NCBI GenBank assembly: GCA_964016885.1
Contig: OZ024751.1
Location: forward strand, 50,096,001 to 50,160,000
Direction of reading: 5' to 3'
DNA from: Eledone cirrhosa
Lineage: Eukaryota
DNA: 64,000 bases
How positions within the stretch are numbered: position 1 is the stretch's first letter; each line of letters begins with the position of its first letter. Positions 53,151 through 64,000 of this stretch are shown one piece after another. Both the position numbers and the translations under genes were made by a program. The notes under the pieces are model-generated. The model had not been told where the DNA came from, ran no database searches, and was given only the letters and a program-made list of their open reading frames with translations.

Positions 53151-54200
53151 GGAGGAAAAAGGGAAAGAGAGAAAAAAATAGTAACACACACACACACAAA
53201 TATATATAGTTGATTGTCCATGGCTGTGCCTATGTGTGTTTGTGTGTGCGTTAGAGATTCTTCATTCAGTTGAAATTCAGTATGTACAACATTGACTGTC
53301 ATAATCGTAACCTCACTAAATCTATAATTTTCTATATTTCTGATATTAAATGTATACCATTTTAGGCATTAACTCCTATTTTGGGGCCTAGGGAGTTCTG
53401 CGATTCATAACATGTTACGAACGATGAAATACATGTTTCCTTATAAAACATTTTCTCAAATCGAGAATTACTAACTGTAAAAAAAAAAAATTTAAAGTTT
53501 ATACATAAGTAAATAAAACGCGAACTAGTTATGACGAAGTCATTTTAAATTTCTGAATTCAATCACTTTTTGAACATTAAATAAAATATATTTATTCGCA
53601 GATGATTGAAAAGGATTCCTATATGAGTTATATTAGTCTGAAATTGAATTAGCTATTTAAAATGTTGGCCACCATCATGACGAGAATATATATATTATAA
53701 TGAATATGATTTTATTAAAATGAATATCACATCTAATTTACATATATATTTTCTATTTATTCGAAAATTTGTTTAATCAAACAAAAAAAGTATTTATTTT
53801 TAACATTTACATTCAATTTCATATTTTATATTTGACATTTACAAGAAAGTAATTTCAAGATTAAATAAATATTTTATTGAATCTTAATGACAGCAATATC
53901 TAGTTATATAACTATCATTAATGTCTCCCCATGATTATCTATTTATGTATTTATATTTTGTTTATTTTGTTAGTTAATGCATGGCATGGAGACACATGAA
54001 AGGTTGCGTGGTTAAGGAGATAGTTTTCAAACAAGTGTCTTCCGATTTAGCTTCGTGTTGACCAATGCCTTCTGAGTGGAATTTTAAAGACAGAAGCTGC
54101 AGAAGCCTGTCGTGTTGGATTCATAATAGAGGTGTTGTTGTAAGGAAAAACCCTGAACACCCCTGCGTAACTAAAAGTGGTCTAGGCGAAATGTCTATAA

Positions 54201-54392
54201 ATAATTGTTTCTACGTTTGGCACAAGGCCAGCAATTATCCCAGTGCATTACTGGTACTTTATTTTATCGACCCCGTAAAGATGAAAGGCAAAGTTAACCT
54301 CGGTGGGATTTGATCTCAGATCATAAAGGGGCGTAACTCTATGCTGCAAAGCATGGCGTCCGACACTCTATCCATACTGCCAATCCACCGCC
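54201..54392 (-). mobile_element. Full-length SINE family 1
   Basis: Consensus match. Confidence 0.92.
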
Positions 54393-54889
54393 ATATAAAT
54401 AATAACCAAAGTGTACTGTCATAACAGGTGTACATGAGGATATATAAAATATATGTATGTATACTAAACATATATAAGTCTCGCTATGAATGTTTTAAGC
54501 CATGATCATGTCACAAAGATCTCAGAAGCCATGTGAGAACGCCAGACACTAGTGTGCCCTTATTCGTGTCTCAGTATTTAGCGAGTAAACGTCACTGATG
54601 ATGGATACACATCCTGAAACACAAGTGACTAGCAGCCAAAAACAGCTACTGGATTATCTGTGACATGATTACATTTTAAAACACTCATATCGAGAGTTAT
54701 ATACATGTAGTATATATAAACATATTATGTATGCCCTTGTGTACAGCTGTATTATGTCTCAATTTATTTTAGTGGTATTGCTAATATATATATCGTATCT
54801 AATTATCAAATCTGGTAGGCATATTGCTAGCCGACACCTGCAACTCATTCTCTAGCAGAATAGCTCAGCCAAGAATATATATATACATA

Positions 54890-54927
<38 letters not shown>

Positions 54928-55056
54928 ACATACATATATATATATGTATATATATATATGTATATATATATGTATATGTATATATATGTATATATATATA
55001 TATACATATATACATATATATATATGTATATATATGTATATATATGTATATATATA

Positions 55057-55098
<42 letters not shown>

Positions 55099-55634
55099 AT
55101 ATATATGTGTATATATATATATATAAAAAAAACCGGAAGAGAGAAGGAGAGATAAAGAGAGAAAGAAGGACAAACTGGTAGATAGACAGCAGTAGGACCA
55201 ATGTCGGTTTTGCTAAAATTATAAAAAGGGGGGAAAAATGGAACAATAAACTTTTTTTTTTCAAAGCATTTTTATTTGCAATAGGAAGAAATTGTAAAAT
55301 TCAAGAGTATATTTTACATTGAAAAGAAAACATGGAAAAATCTTTAGAATATATCATATAGTTTAATATAATAATATAATATGATATAATATAATATGAT
55401 ATAATAACATAACATAATATAATATAATATAATGTATAATACATTTTTATATAATTTAATATAATATAATATAATATAATGTTGTGTAATATAATGTAAT
55501 ATGTCATATAAAGAAAAACAACTATATGAGTGTTAAAATAAAATTAAAATAAAACACAAAGATATATCGCGTAATTCTTTGGCTTGAGACTGCGTTGGAC
55601 CTCCGTCGACTCATTCGAGGAGTGTTCCACTTAT

Positions 55635-55915
55635 TCAAACAATAGAACAGCTTGCTCGTGAAATTAACGCGCCATTAGCTGAGCATTTCACAGGCACACG
55701 CACCGTTAAGGTAGTTCTGGAGGAATTTCAGTGAGTCATACGACGTGTGACAATGTTGGCTCTTTGAAATATACCGCACAAAGTCATTTATTTCCAGCTA
55801 AGTAGTGGACTGGATCAACGTGAAATAAAGTGTCGTGCTCAAGGACAACGAACTACCGGGAATCGAACTCACGATGGTGAGCCGAACACCCTAACCAACT
55901 AAGCCAGGCGCTTTC
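55635..55915 (-). mobile_element. SINE family 2 (CORE-like)
   Basis: Reverse complement has TGGCTTAGTTGG, GAGTTCGATTCC and GTCCTTGAGCACGACACTTTATTTCACG. Confidence 0.78.
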
Positions 55916-56262
55916 ACTTGCGTTTTTTTCGGGGGTTTTTTTCGGATTTATTTATTCATTTTCAAAATCAATATTTTACGATTAATTGAACACTCTCAAG
56001 ACAATATATTCACACTATTTAAAAGCCGCACCCATGCTTTTCAAGATATAAAGAGAAAGATAATGAGAAAGAGCGAGAGATAGAAGGGGAGAGATAGAAA
56101 AAAAGATAGATATATCGTTAGCGACATAGAACAATATCCAGCCAGCATCTCATACACAATATTTATATTTACTTTATTTATTGGATGTGACTTAAAGAAG
56201 ATGGGAGTAACCCCTGCGGTTTTATTTTATTTTTCCTTTTGTTTTATTCATGTTAACGCTTG

Positions 56263-56510
<248 letters not shown>

Positions 56511-56744
56511 TACACAGATATACAAATGCACGCAAGCACACACTGAGTTACATAGGAAAGAATGAGCTTGAAGAAATCACAGAGAAGGATCTTTGGTATT
56601 TTGTTTTTGGGTTTTGTTCTTTTTTTTTTTGTTGATGTTGTTATTGTTGTCATCAATATAATATTATCGATCTACATCTAATAAAATTCCAGCTTGGCAG
56701 TAAAGGAACAAATGGAAAAGCAAAATACTAACACTACTACTAAT

Positions 56745-57200
56745 AATAATGGTTTCTGATTTAGGCAAAGGCCAGCAATTTGGGGGTAAGAGAAAAGTCG
56801 ATTAAATCGAATTCAATGCATTACTGGTACTTTATTTTATCAACCCCATAAGGAAGAAAGGCAAAAGGCAAAACTAACCTCAGCGAGATTTGAACTGAGA
56901 AGGTAAAGGGTCGTAACTCTATGCTGAAAAGCATGAAGTCCGACGCTCTACCGATACTGCCATTACATTACCCTTTTACTGATAATAGTTTCTGGTTTAG
57001 GCACAAGGCCAGCAATGTTGGAGCGAGGGGAAAGTCTATTAAATCGCCTCCAGTGTATTACTGGTACTTTATTTTATCAACCCCTGAAATGATGAAAGTG
57101 AAAGTTGACCCCGGTAAGAATTGAACTAGGAATGTATAAGTCAGTAATTAAATGTCACACGGCATTTTGACCGATGCTCTACCAATTCCGCTAATTTATC
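56745..57200 (-). mobile_element. Two diverged SINE family 1 copies
   Basis: Consensus match with decay. Confidence 0.75.
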
Positions 57201-57951
57201 AGCCTTAATTGAAGGATGCAGTGAAATTTTAAAGAGTAATAAGGATTTATAATTTCAGTAAATGGTCTGTAATTTCTGGATGAGGGAAAGCACATTATAT
57301 CGACCTCAGTGCATGACTGGTACTGGTGGTAGCAGTGGTAGTGGAGGTGGAGAGGGGGGTAACGTTAGTGATGGTGGTTGTGGTGGCGGTGGCAGTAGTG
57401 TTAGAGGTGGTAGTGATGGTGGTGGAGGAGGGAGAGAGGTGATGTTAGTCATGGTGGTGATGATGGTGATGGTGGTGGTGGTGGTGGTGGTGGTGGTGGT
57501 GGTGGTGGTGGTGGTTACTGTGGTGGTGGTGGTGGCAGTAGTGTTAGAAGTGGTAGTGATGGTGGTGGTGGCGGTGGCAGGATAGATGCCAACCCACACA
57601 CACAAATTCTTCGGAATATAGCAGCAGCAAACCAAAGCTGACCTGTCAGCTGACCCCTTAAAACTACTACCAACACAATGGAGTAGGTCAGCTGTACTTA
57701 AACAAAAACAACCACAACAGATTGTCTTACCTCAGAAAAATTTCTATAGACTTTTGACTGAGGAATGTTCTCACGACTGACCAATGGGATGAGAGAGTGT
57801 CCTATGACGCCGGAATTCGTTTGTTCGAATTCATATGATTCCAGTTCCTCATAGAAATAACCACGCAACCAGGAGCTGGACATATCGGAGTATTGACGGA
57901 GTAAAACACATTTCACAAACATGTGTAGCTGTCTCTACCACACCAATTCGG

Positions 57952-58006
57952 ACTGCCTGAAGAGGTCACAGCCAATGATGGCTGTCACCGAAATATATAT
58001 AGCACT
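57952..58006 (+). ncRNA. Canonical minimal type I hammerhead ribozyme (Penelope-like-element type), slightly decayed
   Basis: ACTGC-CTGAAGA-GGTCACAGCCA-ATGA-TGGCTGTCACC-GAA-ATATATAT-A-GCACT; palindromic stem III; one mismatch each in stems I and II. Confidence 0.75.
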
Positions 58007-58272
58007 ATATCTTTAATAAACGAAGCCAGATTTTAAATATTTGACTTAATTATTTTACATTACTCCGGAGTAACCAAACAAACCTGCGTACTTCGTCGAG
58101 TGCTCCAATCTGCATACTGAGGTGTCGGTAAACAACCAACATATACTAAAAAAACAAACATATATGTGTGTGTGTGTGTGTGTATGTGTGTGTGGGGGGG
58201 GGTGTAAAAGGTAAACAGAGATAACAACACAATCGGTACAATATATATATATGTATATATGAAAAAGTTTGT

Positions 58273-58368
58273 CCTCATCAGTGGCCATCCAACCGTCGTA
58301 GGCATTTCGGCGCATTAAAGGCCATATACCTCAGGTTGGTGCGAGCAACGGCTAAAAAAATGTCGTTG
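58273..58368 (-). ncRNA. Rearranged (non-circularly permuted) hammerhead ribozyme candidate, copy C
   Basis: AGGTAT-A-TGGCC-TTTAAT-GCG-CC-GAA-ATGCCT...GGCCA-CTGATGA-GG; core intact; predicted cut between 58325 and 58324. Confidence 0.8.
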
Positions 58369-58797
58369 GGACACGTAAATAAAGGGGACGCTAGGGTAAA
58401 CAAACAAAATGGTTTAAGCAGCAGAAAGTGATGAAGAAGGAAACAAGTCCCAGATTTCTATGAATATAAATTCGGTGGAATCGTGAACGAGAGAATAAAG
58501 ACAATCAAACCTGGTTGAAATGTGAGCAAGGAAGGAATTTCGCACAGGTCTAACGGGAGGAAGAAGGGGTCTGGTCTGCGAATTCGGTAAACATAAGTTC
58601 TGTGAAGTCGCAGACGAGAGAGAGAGAAAAAAAATTCATACCGGCTTGGCCAAGTGCCCGCGAGAAAAGGATTACGGACAGGTCAAACGGGAAGAAAGGG
58701 GAGGAGGAGAGGTAGTGACAGAGAGTGAGTGATTGAAAGGTGAGGAAGAGGCTAACAGAGAGAGAGAGACTGCTAGAAAGGGTAAAGACACAAAGAA

Positions 58798-58847
<50 letters not shown>

Positions 58848-58882
58848 TGTACCGATTGTATTGTTATCTCTGTTTACCTTTT

Positions 58883-58961
<79 letters not shown>

Positions 58962-59087
58962 AACACTCTTGTCTCTTTCCTGGGGGAGATATTTTCTTTC
59001 GATTTCATACAATCATACGAAATGGCGGTTGTTGAAATTGTTGTCTGCGTTTGTTTTCACTGTTATTCATTGTTGCTCTTGCACTAG

Positions 59088-59194
<107 letters not shown>

Positions 59195-59460
59195 ATGGTA
59201 GTGCGGGCATAATTCAAATTTTTAATTCATGTGTCTTTGTATGCATGTGAATCATAAAGTGTTGGACACATCGGATAACATGAAACTTACTCTAATGCGC
59301 AAGTTGTCTGGGAAAATGACGGGAAATGCACGGTTAGAATGTCTTTCATCATAAATCTATTCAAGGTGAGCTTCGCTTAATCAAAATATTAAATAAACAC
59401 AGAACCATGAAGAAGACTGTGTGGCCATACAAATTGCTATGATTAACAGCTAAATCTCCA

Positions 59461-59720
59461 TACGGGGTCGGTGAAATAAAGCACCAGTAATGCACTGGGG
59501 TCGATTTAATCGACTTTCCCCTCTCTCCCCAAATTGCTTGCTTTGTATCTAGGGTTGGACGCCATACTTTCTAGCATAGTTACTTCCCTTTATGGTCTGA
59601 GTTCAAATCCCGTCGAGGTTAACATTGCCTTTCATGCTTAGGGTGTCGATAAAATAAAGTACCAGTAATGTACTGGGTAATTGCTGGCCTTGTGCCAAAA
59701 GTAGAAACAATTATTATTAT
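59461..59720 (+). mobile_element. SINE family 1 pieces
   Basis: A 3' half followed by a near-full copy. Confidence 0.8.
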
Positions 59721-60859
59721 TAAGTATGAGCGAGTTTGAAATTAGAAATAGAAGCTTTCGCTGTATTTTTTTTACTAAAGGAATTTTAGCCTGATAGTGG
59801 GGTCAAGAACCCCCTAAGAAATGGAAAAAGATGAGTATTGACGTACAACTGTTTCGATTTCTTAGAGGGTTCCAAACCCCACAATCAGGCTAAAATTTCT
59901 TTAGTCAAAAAATACGGCGAAAGCTTCAGTTATTATAATTATAATCGTTATTTACAGAATCATTACAACATGGACAAAATGTTTTTGCGGTATATAAGGG
60001 AACCCCGTTTGTGTTTTGTGTTCAAATCCTACGCAGTTCAAATCTGGCTTTCATCCATCTGAGGTCGATAAAATAAAATTACCATTCAAGCACTAGGGTC
60101 GAACTGATCAACTTATTCCTCTTCCAAAATGACTGGTTTTGTGCCTAAATTAAAAACCATTATAAAATATTATTTTGTATTGATTATTGTCATTCTATAA
60201 CAATAATCCATTAGACTTAATTGAAAATATCTCTGAATAAAATTAATCAAACGGAAATGTGGTTTAGAATGATAAAGATGATGGGGATGAGAAAACGAGG
60301 CGGAGGACGAAGACGGGGATGTAAAGAGGAGGGAGAGGTCACGTATGGTAATGATAATAATAATGATAATAGCAATCATAAAAGGACTCGAATAACAAAA
60401 ACAACAACAGCGATATAACAGAATTATATAATAAAAACTGAATTGAAACAAACGTCTCTATTTTTGAGAATTTATGTTTATATAAATATACATACATACA
60501 TATATATTTATATATATATATATGGAATGAAGTTAATTTTTGTCTTTAAAAAAAGTTAAACTGGAACTCCAATATTATAGCTAGCACTGCGTGTTTGACT
60601 GTCACTGAATGACAGCGACAGCTTCTCTTCAGAAATTGCGACATAGAGGGAGAGAGGCAGCACAAACGTCTTGTACAGATGTAAATATTTAATGTAATTC
60701 TATTTTTCTAATGAGAATTTTCAGCAAAAGCTACAAAATGATTTTAGTAAATCCTTTTAAATTCTTCATTAATTCAAATACAGGGTATTTCTTTAGAAAT
60801 TTGGTAAAGAAAATGTTTATTCTGACATGTTGAATAAAGTAGTTTAGCAAAAGATTGTG

Positions 60860-61245
60860 AAACAATATCCTCCAGATATTATAGTCTAGCAGATGATTGT
60901 TAAACTATATCCTCTAGATATGATAGTCTAGCAGACGATTGTTAAACAATATCCTACAAGATATTTAATCTAGCAGACGATTGTTAAACTATATCCTATC
61001 AGATATAATAGTCTAACAGACGATTGTTAAACTATATCCTCCAGATATTATAGTCGAGCAGACGATTTTTAAACTATATCCTACTAGATATAATAGTCTA
61101 GCAGACGATGGCTAAACAATATCATCCAGATATTATAGTCTAGAATATGAATGTTAATCAATATCATACCAGATATAATAGTCTAGAAGACGATTGTTAA
61201 AAGATATCCTCCAGATATTATAGTCTAGCAGACGATTGTTAAACA
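60860..61245. repeat. 42/43-bp minisatellite, ~9 units
   Basis: Units start at 60860, 60902, 60944, 60986, 61029, 61071, 61114, 61156 and 61199. Confidence 0.95.
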
Positions 61246-61591
61246 AAGAGTGAGAGTGGTGAATCTTTCAATACCACAGATGTTGGGAATGGTCGGTCAG
61301 AACTAAACTACAACAATCAATCAATCAATTTTTCTTGTTTTCTTTTGGTTGTCAGCTTTGATCATTTCAATTTTTGTCTTTCTCTAACTCCAATTATTTC
61401 CATTATATTGAATCCCATTTAATAAAATTATACATGTAATTAGAATAAGAAATTATAAATGATGATTAAATAAGATTAAGAACAGAAATAATGTTACCTT
61501 CGATTTTGTGTAAAAAAAAACAACAGAAACAGTATATGTGTATGTGTATATGTATATATATGTATATATATGTATATATATATATACGTAT

Positions 61592-61624
<33 letters not shown>

Positions 61625-61927
61625 ATTATATATATAATTATATATATATATATAAATATATATATATATGAATATACGTATATATATATACATATATATA
61701 TGTACATATAAATATATATACATATATGCATTTATATATATATATATATATAGATATATATTTATATATATACGTATATATATATATATATATACATATA
61801 TATGTGTGTGTGTGTATGTAAGTATGCACACATAAAGACATAAAGATTATATATATATGTATATATACACAAGCACAGACACACATATATATATACATAT
61901 GCATACACATATATTTTTGAATGTATG

Positions 61928-61965
<38 letters not shown>

Positions 61966-62238
61966 GAATCATGTGTTTCATTCAATCAAAAGATTAAAAG
62001 AACCTGTTCCATGGGGATTGGTCTACTTTAAACTTTCCATTAATTCCTAAACAAATGAATGTGACTTAGAAAATAGTAGATAATAGCAATAATCAAGTTG
62101 TCAGTCCATTAGAGGAAAAAACATTTTAACAACACAGCATCATGAATATATATATATATATATTCCATCTTAACGTTATAGTCACTTATATACTATGAAA
62201 TACTGTTGGCTTCTGCTCACATTAATTTCTATATTTTC

Positions 62239-62305
<67 letters not shown>

Positions 62306-62460
62306 TATATACATACAAATATGTATGTATATGTATATATAGATATAGATATAGATATAGATATATATGTATATATATATATATATATATATAGGTGTGT
62401 GTGTGTATATATATATATATGTACATATATATATTATATATGTATATGTACATGTATATG

Positions 62461-62493
<33 letters not shown>

Positions 62494-62592
62494 CTGTATG
62501 TGTGTCTGTATGTGTGTGTATATATATGTATATATATATTATGTATATATATATATATGCAGATATAATATGCGTGTGTGTGTTTATATGTG

Positions 62593-62624
<32 letters not shown>

Positions 62625-63235
62625 GGGGGGCGGGCGTGTGCGTGTGTAAGTGTGTGTGTGTTATAACAGTAGTCTACATTATGTAGGCTTCTTTTGTCTG
62701 GTTTCAGACGGGAGCAGGTAATGTTGTTAGAGATTACACAACATTTTCAGCCAAATTTTTTCTGCCAACAACTTTCGACATCGGAATAGATTTCAACTTC
62801 GCCTTTCATCTTTTCAGTTTTGATATATATATAAAGTAAAATAATAATAATAATAATAATAATAACTTACAACTGAGATAACATTCTATTTCTCATCCTT
62901 ATTTATTTCTAGCTTTCTCACTTTACTTCGAGATTATATTGACTTATATCTAACCTAGATGTCTGGGTGTTACAATCACACTCATAATTTTGTGGTTTCA
63001 ATTTCTGGACTGAGCGGCTCATTTTATTCCCGTTGATCCTTCTGCCATGAGCTGCGATCAGCTGGTAGTATCAGCTATGGAAAGACCAAAGGAAATAATG
63101 TTTCCTTAGTCAGATCTGACAATCGGCACCTTTCCTTTCACTGTTTTATCTGGATTAGATCTGGATTAGAATGGTCCCCATCCGTCATACTTAAACATCA
63201 GTACATTTTAAAAATGTAAAGATATGTATATATAT

Positions 63236-63280
<45 letters not shown>

Positions 63281-63431
63281 ATGTGTGTGTGTCTGTCTGT
63301 CTGTGTGTCTGTGTCTCTACGTGTGTATAAAAAATATGCAATGGTCAGAACGTGAATGAGTTTGACCACAGGAAGTGTTGGGCATGCCTAAAACAAGGTT
63401 GAAATGACACTTTCGCAGCAACAGCATATAA

Positions 63432-63467
<36 letters not shown>

Positions 63468-64000
63468 CGTGCAATTATACACATAGACACACAAATATAT
63501 ACACACACACACATATATATATGTATATATATATATATATATATATTGTTATACTTGGGGAGGGTCATATTTGTGTAATATTGCCAGAATTAATAACAGA
63601 AAACACTCACTGTTTGGTTGGTTTTCGCTTTTCGCTTCTGTGTCTTTTATATCGGTAATCTAATTTATTCGGTCCTCAATGTTGCCATTGACTGACTAAC
63701 GGTCAAAAATAATACAGATACAATATAGACACAAACACATATATATAGTTTATCAAAGGTCTTTCGTTGCACATCTGCAACATCGTCAGTGGTGCTATTG
63801 TTTCCTCCCGTTACATTGTATGTCTACGCCATTTTTATTTAGTCTGTCTATATATTTATTTATTTATTTGTTTGTTTGTTTATTTTATTTTGTCTACTTT
63901 GCGCATGCGTTTGCGTGTGTGTATAGTGTTTTGTTTGATGTGTGTTCGTGATTGGGTGACTGTGTATCGGTTAATGTATTCTATCTTTACTAGTGTGTGT

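Noticed and set aside
60860-61245. CRISPR-like array
   Set aside because: Units are contiguous with no unique spacers; no cas genes; eukaryotic context.

Overview
AT-rich, microsatellite-saturated animal DNA with no recognisable host gene. The tRNA-derived SINE families and the (TA)n/(TATG)n/(CA)n density suggest an octopus or other cephalopod (inference). Almost all listed ORFs are microsatellite artefacts. Real content: (1) an intact two-ORF L1/Tx1-type LINE sitting in (GATA)n, plus a decayed relative also abutting (GATA)n; (2) a frameshifted RLE-type (R4/Dong-like) LINE and a truncated copy in (CATA)n; (3) RTE fragments and RTE-derived non-autonomous elements with (TATG)n tails; (4) a Penelope-like GIY-YIG fragment; (5) about 25 SINE copies; (6) many short inserts in microsatellites that carry hammerhead-ribozyme (HHR) parts and fold-back palindromes. 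Top observation: three divergent minus-strand copies (37.7, 53.1, 58.3 kb) of an RNA motif with all hammerhead core elements in a rearranged strand order (UH, then GAAA, then CUGAUGA). That order is not a circular permutation of types I/II/III. It is supported by compensatory changes in several helices and by fixed spacing.
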